A stretch of 64,000 bases of DNA. Source: an uncultured Planctomycetales bacterium (GTDB lineage: Bacteria; Omnitrophota; Gorgyraeia; Zapsychrales; JANLHA01). The notes under the pieces were generated by a model. The model searched no databases. It had not been told where the DNA came from and worked only from the letters and a program-made list of their open reading frames with translations. Location of the stretch: positions 68,952-132,951 of the forward strand of contig CAZQQI010000001.1 of NCBI GenBank assembly GCA_964595465.1. The letters are read 5' to 3'. The stretch's first letter is position 1. Each line of letters begins with the position of its first letter. Made by a program: the position numbers and the translations under genes. Of the stretch, positions 50,715 to 60,515 are shown in pieces.

Positions 50715-51152
50715 TTAAGGCTGGATCGTGTCAACGGTCACTTCATCAGCGGTCATCGCCACACTATATCCTAGAACCGGGCCGGGTTCAGCGGGGGTAA
50801 TCTGCTGATAATCATATCGAAGAGCCGGGTACTGCGGTGAAGTAACCGGAGTCAGCCCGGCCTGGATAAAACGGTCCTTGTAAAAATACATAACAAAATC
50901 TGAAATGTTCGTAAAACCGTAGCGCCGCAGTTCAACTTCTTCCGGTTGCCCCGCAAAGACATGCCCGACCTGTTTCGGCTCACCAAAAACACGTTCTGCG
51001 GCGGGAAGTACGTTCTGCCGGCTCTCCCCGATCCTGAGTTCCGCCTGATAATTCCCTTCAATATACCCTTGCCCTGATGAGGCACAGCCCCAAACAGTCA
51101 AACCGGCTGCCACGACCCATAACCGGAAAATCCAAAATCGAATCGTCCTCAT
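50715..51152 (-). CDS. Hypothetical lipoprotein
   Basis: Lipobox VWGC; SD-like AAGGGA upstream. Confidence 0.65.
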   Translation of the reverse strand: MRTIRFWIFRLWVVAAGLTVWGCASSGQGYIEGNYQAELRIGESRQNVLPAAERVFGEPKQVGHVFAGQPEEVELRRYGFTNISDFVMYFYKDRFIQAGLTPVTSPQYPALRYDYQQITPAEPGPVLGYSVAMTADEVTVDTIQP

Positions 51153-51176
51153 ACGTTATCCCTTTCTTTGTCCGGG

Positions 51177-51578
51177 CTATTTCTTTTGCGGCGGCCGATG
51201 GCTCACCATAAGTTTACGCGCGATCACCAGATGATCTCCTACCCAAAATTCCAGGCGGTATGAACCGAAGTCCGGAAAAATAATTCCATTAAGATCAAAA
51301 ACCAATTCTAAAGTTTGGTGCGGGTCACGGAACGCGATCTCCCCTTTAACAGACATCAAAGGTTTATCGGAATCCGCGCGCAGGCAGCGCAGCTCACACG
51401 AGCAGGATCCGTGCCCTTCTGTTACCACTAAAAAAACACTCATATGCGGATGACGGACCGGCGCCTTACGGGCATGGATCTGACTGAAAATACCGATCAG
51501 TGATTTCTTCTGGGTCTTGGCATCCTGAATCACAGTATCACAGATCAGCATGCCCAAGGGAATCGGCTTGGTTGTCAT
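51177..51578 (-). CDS. Conserved hypothetical protein (DUF6941-like)
   Basis: ICD.VIQD....K.SLIGIF...FP..G.Y pattern. Confidence 0.65.
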   Translation of the reverse strand: MTTKPIPLGMLICDTVIQDAKTQKKSLIGIFSQIHARKAPVRHPHMSVFLVVTEGHGSCSCELRCLRADSDKPLMSVKGEIAFRDPHQTLELVFDLNGIIFPDFGSYRLEFWVGDHLVIARKLMVSHRPPQKK

Positions 51579-52492
51579 ACATCCTCCTCCTGGGTCAACG
51601 GCTCAATATGAACGGACAAAAATGTCTCTGGGCCAAAATGATCGCGCAGAATATCTTCTACACCGGTGGCAATCTGATGACCCTGCTCAATATTGAGATC
51701 AGGCTTAACACAGATATGCATTTCTATAGCCTTGCGCTGTCCGATACGCCGTGTACGCAGGCGGTGCGGACGATACGCGCCTTCAACGGAGGATGCCAAC
51801 TCGACGATGCTCTCTTCCACCTCCGGGCTGAGTGACCCTTCGGTCAACTCGTGCACGCTGTGCCGGATAATTTTAAACGCGACGTGCAGGATAAATATAC
51901 TGACCGTAATAGCGGCCAGCGGGTCGAGCACTCTCCAATGTTCACCCAGTATGATCGCCCCGGCAATGCCGAGAAAAACACCTAATGATGAAAGCGCATC
52001 AGTCCGATGATGCCAGGCATTAGCGATCAAGGCCTGATTATCGGTTTTCTTGCCGGCCTCCAATGTCCGGCGGAAAATCCATTCTTTACTGATCACCGAT
52101 ACCACCGCGATCAGCGCAGCAAACCACCCTGGGCGGGACAAAACCTCGCCCGAAAGGGCCCGGGCTACTTTAACCAGTCCGTTCCAGCAGAGAAACACAG
52201 CAACAGCGAAAAGAAAAAAACCGATAAAGGCGGACGTCAATGTCTCGATCTTGCCATGGCCGTAATCATGGTCATGATCAACCGGTTTTGCGGCCGCGCG
52301 CACACCCCAGATCAAGGCCACATCCGTGGATATGTCAGATAGTGAATGCACGGCGTCCGCAACGATCGCTGAACTGCCGGCAACCACACCAGCCAAAAAT
52401 TTCAACCCGACTAAAACCCCGTTTATGATCAAACCCCACAGAGTCACGACATAAGCCTGCCGGGTACGCAATGTCATTTCCTGGCGTCTCAT
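51575..52492 (-). CDS. Cation diffusion facilitator transporter (FieF-like)
   Basis: ADAVHSLSD, HDYGHGKIE, AWHHRTD and VHIEP motifs. Confidence 0.93.
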   Translation of the reverse strand: MRRQEMTLRTRQAYVVTLWGLIINGVLVGLKFLAGVVAGSSAIVADAVHSLSDISTDVALIWGVRAAAKPVDHDHDYGHGKIETLTSAFIGFFLFAVAVFLCWNGLVKVARALSGEVLSRPGWFAALIAVVSVISKEWIFRRTLEAGKKTDNQALIANAWHHRTDALSSLGVFLGIAGAIILGEHWRVLDPLAAITVSIFILHVAFKIIRHSVHELTEGSLSPEVEESIVELASSVEGAYRPHRLRTRRIGQRKAIEMHICVKPDLNIEQGHQIATGVEDILRDHFGPETFLSVHIEPLTQEEDV

Positions 52493-53337
52493 CTCTCCTC
52501 CGCTTCATCATAATGCTCCAGGGCCTCAGGGATGCGCGCGCGGATATCCTCGATCCTGGATTCCGGGGCCGGATGCGTGGATAAAAATTCAGGCATACGG
52601 TTCTTGGCCTGTTCTGTCATCCTCTGCCAAAAATCGACTGCAGCCCGCGGATCATAACCAGCCTTAGCCATCAGGATCAGCCCGATGCGATCAGCCTCTC
52701 TTTCCTGCAGACGGCTGTAAGGAAGAACATAACCAACCGTGCTTCCCAATCCGTAAGCCACCATCCACCAATACCGGGCCTCATCGCTTTTTTTACGCAA
52801 GGCCGCGTTCAGCGTTATCCCGCCCAGCTGGACCATCAGAAAATGGCTCATCCGCTCTCCGCCGTGGTTGGCGATCACATGGGCCACTTCATGAGCCATA
52901 ACCGCTGCCAACCCGCTATCATTCTGCGCCACCGGAAGAATCCCGGTATAAACGCCCACCTTCCCTCCAGGCATAGCAAAGGCGTTGACCGTGTCGTCAT
53001 CTTTCAACAATTTGAACTCCCAATCAAAGTTTCGCAACGTATCGCCGCGGCCGGTTTCAATCAGAAATTCTTCTGTCGCCCGCGCCACACGCTCCCCGAC
53101 ACGCAAAACCATAGCTTTCTTTTCCTCATCATCCGCGAGGGTCTTGTCTTGGATCAGTTCCTGAAAACTATCATTGCTCATCGAAATCAGCTGAGATGAT
53201 GGAATAATCGAAAACTGCTGACGCCCAGTAATCGGCACCGTCGCGCATCCATAAAAAAATACAGAAGAAAACAGACAAAAAGATACCAGCACGGACAGGG
53301 GAACGTGAACGAATCGTTTATGAATAAGATTTTCCAT
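52489..53337 (-). CDS. M48 family zinc metallopeptidase lipoprotein
   Basis: NAFAMPGG, HEVAH, EREAD and FLSTHP motifs. Confidence 0.93.
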   Translation of the reverse strand: MENLIHKRFVHVPLSVLVSFCLFSSVFFYGCATVPITGRQQFSIIPSSQLISMSNDSFQELIQDKTLADDEEKKAMVLRVGERVARATEEFLIETGRGDTLRNFDWEFKLLKDDDTVNAFAMPGGKVGVYTGILPVAQNDSGLAAVMAHEVAHVIANHGGERMSHFLMVQLGGITLNAALRKKSDEARYWWMVAYGLGSTVGYVLPYSRLQEREADRIGLILMAKAGYDPRAAVDFWQRMTEQAKNRMPEFLSTHPAPESRIEDIRARIPEALEHYDEAEER

Positions 53338-53350
53338 CGTCTTTCTCCCG

Positions 53351-53668
53351 TCATTTAACGTTCAAGTCATCGAGCAATTCTGTCAGCTTGTATTCATACC
53401 GTCCGAAACAGGTCTCGGTCACACGGTCACTATCCGCTCCGCCTGTCAACAACAGCTCATAACACAGGATCAATAGATCTCCGGTCTCTGTCAGATAATG
53501 CGGGTCACCCCGGTCATACAGTTCACGTATTTCAGCAGCATGCTGATCGATCAAATCCAGCAGACGCAAAGCATGCGGCATGCCGACCGCTTGATTATAC
53601 TTTTTAGACAGACGATGAATACGCGCGATCTTCTCTTTTGCGGCAGAACTCATAATCTCAGCTGACAC
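53351..53668 (-). CDS. MazG-like NTP pyrophosphohydrolase-fold protein
   Basis: Small helical protein with EI..L...ETGDL. Confidence 0.55.
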   Translation of the reverse strand: MSAEIMSSAAKEKIARIHRLSKKYNQAVGMPHALRLLDLIDQHAAEIRELYDRGDPHYLTETGDLLILCYELLLTGGADSDRVTETCFGRYEYKLTELLDDLNVK

Positions 53669-53679
53669 GGCTTCTGCTC

Positions 53680-56118
53680 CTATGCATCGGACTGGCCGAT
53701 TTCCATAGCCAATTGCTGACCCAGCAATTCAAATAAGGTGATCCAGCGCCGGGCCCTAGGCTTTCCCTCATCAGCCTGACGGCTCATACCATCATAATAC
53801 TCTTTTTGAATAAAAAAATAAATATTTTGAGGCTTTCCGAGGTCTAAAGCAAGATCCAGTGGACCAACGGTTTTGAGCAGAGACGTCATATCCCGTAAAA
53901 GACGCTGATCCCGCGGACGCCGTCTGAAAATATCCATCATACTCTTAAACCTTTTCCCAGCAACATAAGCAATGGTCTCGCGATCAATATCCAGCTGCCA
54001 TTCATCTGCCTCCCGAACCAAACGCTCCAGATATTTAAAATCTAAGGGATCCCTCCCCAATGCATCCAAAAGATCCATATTGGTCATAGTCAATAGGGTC
54101 GTGTCCAGGATCTTGGGCAGAGGGACGTTCAGTTGGCGGACAACGCGCATGACAGGCGAATGATCTTCAGCGATTTGGCGAAACGAGTGTTCCATATCAG
54201 CAAACGCCTTGTGCAGAAGACGATAAAGGATGCGGGTCTGCTCATCACGGAAAAGGTGCTCCAAGGTGAATGGTCCATGCTCAAAGCTGGCCCTCATCCC
54301 GCGTAAAGCAGAACGGCGGCGCACACCGCGAAAGGACCGGCTTAAGTCACGCCTGATCTTGCGGAAGTCCTGTTCATTCAGATTTTCACTGATCCCGGCA
54401 AAGACCTCCTGCGCCCCAAAATGAAGCGTCACAAAAGCAAGTTCCCTCTGCTCTTCGGTAATCCGGGACGTGATCAAAAGCCGTCCGACAGCCAAAGTCT
54501 CCCCGTCCTGTTCATAGTGATCATACATTACCCGTTTAACCCGAAACGTATAAATATCTTCCTCATCCGCCAAATGCTCAAAGATCGACGTTATCACATA
54601 ATGCGCTGCCACGCGGACCATATTGACCACGGATGGATCCACCTGTTTTTTAAAAACAACCGCGCCGTTCCCATAAGAAGCAATATTGCTGGGCGCGGCG
54701 CGTAGTTTTTTTAAAAACCTCCCGCGCAGGTCAGCGCCGCCCACTTCCTGAGCTAGCTGAATGGCCTTGGCCGCGTAACTCAAGATCTGAACCGTCTCAA
54801 TCCCGGAGATCTCATCAAAAAACCAGCCGCAGCTGGTATACATCAACAAAGCATTGCGCTGCATTTCCAGTAAATGCCAGATACGGCTCCGTTCATCCGC
54901 GTTTAACGATCCGCGGGCATTCTGTCTTAAAAACCGCAGCCGGCTTCGCTGCGAACGGTCTAAGATCACATCAATATAAGCATCCCTGGCCTTCCAAGGG
55001 TCACGGATCAGCCCGGCCATCATGTTTTCATAACGTTCCGCCAGTTCATCTCTCAGCCAATCCAGCGAGTCGCGCAAAGGCCCGCGCCAGCTCTGATCCC
55101 AGCCGGGATGCCCGCCGCTATGACAGCCGCAATCCCCCCGCCAGCGTTCCACGCCATGCACACAGCTCCAGGAAGAACCCTCATGGATCATGGCTTCATC
55201 TGCCGGAGCGGCCCGGTCCAGATAATCGCCGTAAAGAGTCAGTTCGACATCCTCCCGCTGCTGAATATCCCTCAGACAGACAGCCAAAGCCATTTCTCCG
55301 AAACGATGATGATGACCATAAGATTCACCGTCGGTGGCAATATGAACCAGCTGATCATAATCGCCATCATCCGCAAAAGCACCGCGCAGCCGTTGGGCGA
55401 AAAGCGTGCCGTCTTTCAGAACACCTTCAAAGGCAACTGCCTTGGCCAAATCTCCATCATAAAAAAACACACTGATCGTGCGGCCGGAAGGCAACCGGCA
55501 AAGATACGGCCGCCGCGTATCAATCGTTTCCGCATCCACCTCCTGCCACTCCCCAGCCCCGATCTTGCGCACCGCCCGGGCCTGCCGCGGCGCCAGAACA
55601 ACAAACCGCAGACCATATTCCGCCAAAAGATCCAGCGTCTCCATATCCACAGCGGTTTCCGGAAGCCACATACCTTCCGGCTCCCGCTGAAAACGATAAC
55701 GAAAATCTTTTAGTCCCCAGGCGATCTGTGTGCGTTTATCCCTGGTATTGGCCAGGGGCATGATCATATGGTTATAACACTGGGCCAAAGCGGAACCATG
55801 ACCATGAAAAAAGGATCTGCTTTCCCGGTCAGAGGCAAGGATCGCGCGGTAGACCTCCGGCTTTTTTCTTTCCAGCCAGCTCAGCAGACTCGGTCCGAAA
55901 TTAAAACTGATCCGGGCATAATTATTGACAATATCTATGATCCGTTGCCGCTCATTCAAAACGCGAGCCGCTGTATTCGGAGCATAGCATTCTTCGGTGA
56001 TTCTTTGATTCCAGTCGTGAAATGGCGCGGCAGACTCCTGGCGCTCAACTTCTTCCAGCCAGGGATTCTCACGGGGGGGCTGATAAAAATGGCCGTGAAT
56101 GCAGATGTAACGTTTCAG
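53680..56118 (-). CDS. Glycoside hydrolase family 57 / DUF3536 protein (CTG start)
   Basis: The frame extends upstream of the ORF call to (L)KRYICIHGHFYQPPRENPW; GMWLPETAVD, TDGESYGHH and MYTSCGWFFD motifs. Confidence 0.88.
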   Translation of the reverse strand: MKRYICIHGHFYQPPRENPWLEEVERQESAAPFHDWNQRITEECYAPNTAARVLNERQRIIDIVNNYARISFNFGPSLLSWLERKKPEVYRAILASDRESRSFFHGHGSALAQCYNHMIMPLANTRDKRTQIAWGLKDFRYRFQREPEGMWLPETAVDMETLDLLAEYGLRFVVLAPRQARAVRKIGAGEWQEVDAETIDTRRPYLCRLPSGRTISVFFYDGDLAKAVAFEGVLKDGTLFAQRLRGAFADDGDYDQLVHIATDGESYGHHHRFGEMALAVCLRDIQQREDVELTLYGDYLDRAAPADEAMIHEGSSWSCVHGVERWRGDCGCHSGGHPGWDQSWRGPLRDSLDWLRDELAERYENMMAGLIRDPWKARDAYIDVILDRSQRSRLRFLRQNARGSLNADERSRIWHLLEMQRNALLMYTSCGWFFDEISGIETVQILSYAAKAIQLAQEVGGADLRGRFLKKLRAAPSNIASYGNGAVVFKKQVDPSVVNMVRVAAHYVITSIFEHLADEEDIYTFRVKRVMYDHYEQDGETLAVGRLLITSRITEEQRELAFVTLHFGAQEVFAGISENLNEQDFRKIRRDLSRSFRGVRRRSALRGMRASFEHGPFTLEHLFRDEQTRILYRLLHKAFADMEHSFRQIAEDHSPVMRVVRQLNVPLPKILDTTLLTMTNMDLLDALGRDPLDFKYLERLVREADEWQLDIDRETIAYVAGKRFKSMMDIFRRRPRDQRLLRDMTSLLKTVGPLDLALDLGKPQNIYFFIQKEYYDGMSRQADEGKPRARRWITLFELLGQQLAMEIGQSDA

Positions 56119-56311
56119 AAATCACTCCTTTTCTGAGCCGAATGACAATCATTTTATTATATCATAATCATGTAGATTATAAATTCTATCTGAAAATCCT
56201 TATTTCATCATCCGCCGGCTCTTTTGATCCTCTTAGATGGTGCATTACGCAAAGCATCCTTGCACGCCGGTCTTCTGGCCATTTGGCCCTGCACTATGGT
56301 ATAATTCATTT

Positions 56312-57589
56312 ATGATCCAGAATTTATTGCGTGTCATTTTAAGCACATTATGCCTCTTTTCCATTGTTTTCTCCCCCGCCCGTACTGCGGCTAACGGGTC
56401 GCAAGACACCCGCATGCTTTCCCGCTGGCTTGAATATAACCGGGACAGCAAAACCCTCCTGCCTTATAGTCATGTCGGGGACAGCCGGCTCCGCCACTGG
56501 ACCATGACCTATGATTCCGGCGTAACGGCCCTGGCCTACCTGGCGCTGGAACGAACGGAGGAGGCGCAGAAAATCATCGACTTCTATATCAACACGCCCC
56601 GTGTTTGGCGCCTGGGAGGCATCATCGACGGGATCAATATCCACAAACCCGACCTGGGAGTTTCCTGGACTGTGCGGACAGGATCGAACACCTGGATCGG
56701 CTTGGCCGCCCTGCATCTTTATAATCGGACAAAAGAAGACCGTTACCGTGATCTTGCCGTCCGCATCGGAGACTTCCTCCTCTACCTGCAGAATAAAAAT
56801 CATAATATCCCGAATTACGGCGGTATCCGTATGGGACCAGCGGGAGATCCCAAAATCCCCACAGACCAGCGTCTGAACTACAGCCTTTCTGCTCCGCGGC
56901 TTCACGATATCTTCTCCACAGAACACAACGTAACCGCGTTCGCTTTTCTCAATATGCTGTTTGATACCACACGCCTTGAGCGGTTTGCCAGAGCGCGGAA
57001 ACGCGTCTGGCTCTGGCTGAAGGAATACGGATTTAACACCCAAGGTCATTATTTTAACCGCGGAAGTCATGCTTCCGGACGAAGGGATACGGTCTTTGCC
57101 ACGGATGTGCAGTCCTGGGCTTTATCAGCTTTAGGGCAGCAGCGGCTGGAACAATTGGAACCTGGACTTACGGAACGCCTCCTGCAAATTATTCAAAAAA
57201 ATGCCTTAAACCGTTTAACATTTCAGAATAAAAACGGAGTGCCTGTCAAAATCAGCGGAGTGGATTTTGTGGATCATGAAACGGCCGCGGGCCTGGGCAG
57301 AGATCCTCTGATCAGCCCGGAATGGACCTTCCAATTGGCCACCGCCATCTCCAGCATAAGAGCCTCCGATCAATTCCTTCGTTTACGCGACGAATTAAAC
57401 AGCAGCATGCTGACTTTAGCCAAAAGTCAATCTCAAAGGGGCGGATTGCCCTATGCCACATCAGGAGATGTTCCCATCGGACATGAATATAATACGCCCC
57501 GTCTGCCTAACCAAAGCGTGATCGGAGTATCCTACGGCATATTAAGCCTGACGGAATTTGACCCTCTCTCACCAGCTGCCCAGCAATAA
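56312..57589 (+). CDS. Secreted six-hairpin (alpha/alpha)6 glycosidase-like protein
   Basis: Signal peptide; TYDSG..ALA, STEHN, DVQSW, GVDF, SPEWT and GLPYA motifs. Confidence 0.6.
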   Translation: MIQNLLRVILSTLCLFSIVFSPARTAANGSQDTRMLSRWLEYNRDSKTLLPYSHVGDSRLRHWTMTYDSGVTALAYLALERTEEAQKIIDFYINTPRVWRLGGIIDGINIHKPDLGVSWTVRTGSNTWIGLAALHLYNRTKEDRYRDLAVRIGDFLLYLQNKNHNIPNYGGIRMGPAGDPKIPTDQRLNYSLSAPRLHDIFSTEHNVTAFAFLNMLFDTTRLERFARARKRVWLWLKEYGFNTQGHYFNRGSHASGRRDTVFATDVQSWALSALGQQRLEQLEPGLTERLLQIIQKNALNRLTFQNKNGVPVKISGVDFVDHETAAGLGRDPLISPEWTFQLATAISSIRASDQFLRLRDELNSSMLTLAKSQSQRGGLPYATSGDVPIGHEYNTPRLPNQSVIGVSYGILSLTEFDPLSPAAQQ

Positions 57590-57685
57590 CACCCCGGCAA
57601 TAACATCTTGGGCTTGCATTACCCTGACAACCTATGACATACTTATACTGTCATTCTGTATCAAAGCATCACAGGCCAGGTGAAC

Positions 57686-58135
57686 ATGCATAAAATTCTC
57701 ATCGTAGATGATGAACGCGATCTGTGCGAGTATGTCCAGAGATCACTCGAACGAACAGGCCTGTACAAGGTGCGCACAACAACTTTCCCGCTTGAGACCT
57801 GCGATCTCTGCAGGTCATTCCAACCGGATATTGTCCTGCTGGACATCATCATGCCCGAAATGGACGGCCGTCAATTGATCAAGGATCTCCAGTCTGATGA
57901 ACAGTTCCAGAATATCAAAATTATTGTTACCAGCGGATTGGGAGAAATGAGTTATTCCGCCGAGCAGGACCGCTGGCGCTGGGACCCGGGACGTTCAGAC
58001 AAAGACCATTTTGATCACTTGCCCCGTCAATTAAACGCGGAAACCGGCTCACGCTATTTTAATGTTGAGGACTTTTTGGCGAAACCGTTTGCGCCGCAGA
58101 CATTATTGAATGTCATCGCGTCGCATCTCCAATAA
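57686..58135 (+). CDS. Single-domain response regulator (CheY-like) with insert
   Basis: KILIVDDE, PDIVLLDIIMP, VTSG and KPF motifs. Confidence 0.88.
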   Translation: MHKILIVDDERDLCEYVQRSLERTGLYKVRTTTFPLETCDLCRSFQPDIVLLDIIMPEMDGRQLIKDLQSDEQFQNIKIIVTSGLGEMSYSAEQDRWRWDPGRSDKDHFDHLPRQLNAETGSRYFNVEDFLAKPFAPQTLLNVIASHLQ

Positions 58136-58211
58136 GGGAGGAGTCATCACGAGGGAGTTCTGACAAATTCGACATATGTTTCTTTCAGGCTCCCTTTAAA
58201 AAACCGGTCTT

Positions 58212-58670
58212 ATGAAAAAAATTCTTATTGTCGATGATGAAGCAGATATCCGCCGACTCATTCAGATATCGCTGGAAGAAACTGGTCTTTATGAGATCCG
58301 CTCAACCGGTGAGCCGCAGGATGTCCTGGGCATCTGCCGCGAGTTCCATCCGGACATGCTTCTGCTGGACATCGTCATGCCCATAATGGACGGACGCGAC
58401 ATTATCGCTCAGATCCGTTCACAGGAAGAATTCGAACATATGCTGATCATCGTGACCAGCGGGTTGGGCGAGATGGTCTATTCTCAAAAAATGGATCAGT
58501 GGAAGTGGAGCCCGAACCGCCCGATCGTTCAGCAGCGCGGCGACATCCCCCTCGAACGCAATCCGCATGAAGCCGCCCGCGCCTACGGCGTTGATGATTT
58601 TATCGTTAAACCCTTCTCTCCGCGCAGTCTGCACAATATCATAGCGGACAATTTTGAAAAACACAGCTGA
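58212..58670 (+). CDS. Single-domain response regulator (CheY-like) with insert, paralog
   Basis: KILIVDDE, PDMLLLDIVMP, VTSG and KPF motifs. Confidence 0.88.
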   Translation: MKKILIVDDEADIRRLIQISLEETGLYEIRSTGEPQDVLGICREFHPDMLLLDIVMPIMDGRDIIAQIRSQEEFEHMLIIVTSGLGEMVYSQKMDQWKWSPNRPIVQQRGDIPLERNPHEAARAYGVDDFIVKPFSPRSLHNIIADNFEKHS

Positions 58671-58714
58671 TTCACAAAACGCGTCCGGCAGGGATCCGGA
58701 CCCTGCCATTACGT

Positions 58715-59284
58715 TTAAGGCAGCGTCCCGGTACGTTTACGGAAGTGATATTCCACATAACCGGAAAGGATTTCCTGAAGCTTCTGCGAAGGGGGAACAA
58801 CAAAATAATGCGACATCAAAACATGGGCGATTTCATGGACCATGATCCCCATAGAGATGTCGGCATGAGAAAGATAAAGGGTATTTTTTTCATGCAGATA
58901 AAATGCGCGCTCAAAAAAATCATCATGAAAAAGCGCACGGTATTCTGCATTGAGAGATTCTTGATCAGAAAAGATCTTGATGTTGCCGTGGAAAGAATAC
59001 AGGGCGATCCCCAGCACGTCACCGACCTCGAGAAAGATCGCATCCATGGTCTTTCCCAAGACGTCCGGAACAGCATCTCCGCTGTCTTCTAAAGCCTTGT
59101 CAAACTGTAAAAAAATGTTGAAATTGATGCGTTCAAGAAGATCCGCCCCATCCATGCCCGGATAAGCGTAAATAGTAAAATATTCGCTTTCTACTAGCAG
59201 CGGATACTGCTTTTCCTGTGCTCGAACGGAAGCTGCCGCACAGAGCACAAAGACCACGATCATAATCAGACGAAATGCATGCAT
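58715..59284 (-). CDS. Exported zincin-like (HEXXH) protein
   Basis: Signal peptide (VRA|Q); HEIAH with a downstream Glu (QEILSGY). Confidence 0.65.
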   Translation of the reverse strand: MHAFRLIMIVVFVLCAAASVRAQEKQYPLLVESEYFTIYAYPGMDGADLLERINFNIFLQFDKALEDSGDAVPDVLGKTMDAIFLEVGDVLGIALYSFHGNIKIFSDQESLNAEYRALFHDDFFERAFYLHEKNTLYLSHADISMGIMVHEIAHVLMSHYFVVPPSQKLQEILSGYVEYHFRKRTGTLP

Positions 59285-59853
59285 TAGACTTTGAAATAAT
59301 TCAGAATATCATAAAGGTCTTTGAGCATCTTATGCAGACGCTGCCGGTCTTCCGGAGACGCTGTAAAATCCTTCTCCTCCAAAAAATTGGTCAGTGCGCG
59401 GCACTGCCCTCCGATCTCCAGATGCTTCTGTCGCAGCGTTCGGGTCATGCCGGCCAGACGATGGGCCAATTCCTGCAATTGATCCCGGTCACGGATATGA
59501 AAATCCCGGGTGAGATCGCCTTTTTCCACATAGTCCACTTCCCGGCTGATCCGAAAGATCGGCCCCGCAATTTTATGGGAAACGAACAATGTCATCGCGA
59601 TCACGGCCAGAGAAGCAAAAACCGCGACCACCAACAATGTCGCGAGCAGATGCGGCAAAATGACCTCCACAGTCGGCTTGGCAACAACCTTGGTATCAGC
59701 AATCGTAACTGTCGTCGAACCCTGCAGGACAAAAAACATGATTCCGCCGATCAGACATGCCGAAACGATAACCACGGCACAAAACCGCATAATAAAACTC
59801 GTTTGAAAAACCGGATCAATAAAATAATTCCGTCGACGGCTGTTCCCTTCCAT
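59284..59853 (-). CDS. Two-TM HAMP-domain protein without output domain
   Basis: RRRNYFID, two TMs, SHKIAGPIFRI...GDL...RDRDQLQELA; start MEGN has an SD. Confidence 0.75.
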   Translation of the reverse strand: MEGNSRRRNYFIDPVFQTSFIMRFCAVVIVSACLIGGIMFFVLQGSTTVTIADTKVVAKPTVEVILPHLLATLLVVAVFASLAVIAMTLFVSHKIAGPIFRISREVDYVEKGDLTRDFHIRDRDQLQELAHRLAGMTRTLRQKHLEIGGQCRALTNFLEEKDFTASPEDRQRLHKMLKDLYDILNYFKV

Positions 59854-59861
59854 GTGCCCTC

Positions 59862-60413
59862 CTATGGTTGGATACCCAACAAGGATTCCCGGATCTTCAG
59901 CTGTGCGCTGGCGCGCAGAGACGCGATCCATTCCTCTAGTTCCCGGACTTGTTTCTGATGGCGCAAAACAAACCGGATCTGAGACGCAGTCTTATCATAC
60001 GTCTGCCCGGAAAACCGTGTGTCTTTATACTGGTCATAATACGCCCGGACTTCCTGCTCGGAGACAGGGATCTCCTCGGCCAATTGCTCTGTTTTCCGGC
60101 GGATCATCCGTTTCAGAAGGGCCTGCTCCCAGAAAGACTGGATCTCTGCTAAAAATTCCGGCTGTTTATCCAGATCCAGCTGTACGGCCTCTTTCAGGAT
60201 CAATTTGGTATCGATATACTGATCAAGAAATTGTTCCCGCGCCTTTTCCCCCTTGCCGGCGTACCGGGACTGCTGAAAGGCGCGTTCAAATTCTTCAGCC
60301 GTAACGGATATTCCATCGATATCCAAAGCCGCCGGAGGCCGTGCCCGCCCGCAGCCCGCAGAAAGGCACACCGCCAAGACACAGGCGAGGCCAACAAAAA
60401 ACTCTTTTCTCAT
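59862..60413 (-). CDS. SurA N-terminal-like chaperone lipoprotein
   Basis: Lipobox SAGC; IDG..VT..EF, LILKEA..L.LD and VSEQEVRAYY; no PPIase domain. Confidence 0.75.
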   Translation of the reverse strand: MRKEFFVGLACVLAVCLSAGCGRARPPAALDIDGISVTAEEFERAFQQSRYAGKGEKAREQFLDQYIDTKLILKEAVQLDLDKQPEFLAEIQSFWEQALLKRMIRRKTEQLAEEIPVSEQEVRAYYDQYKDTRFSGQTYDKTASQIRFVLRHQKQVRELEEWIASLRASAQLKIRESLLGIQP

Positions 60414-60515
60414 AACTGCTCCTCCTCATCCCCAGTTACGATCATTATACTACGTCTCCCCCTCGGCACTCAAAGAAAAAAGCAGGGAAATCGATGCCGA
60501 CGCCCGCTCCTCTGC

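Noticed and set aside
56348-57070. 240-aa minus-strand ORF
   Set aside because: Antisense to the signal-peptide-bearing plus-strand gene, with no motifs of its own.
58155-58197. Imperfect hairpin between the two receiver genes
   Set aside because: Large loop, bulged stem and short U-run; insufficient support for a terminator or attenuator.
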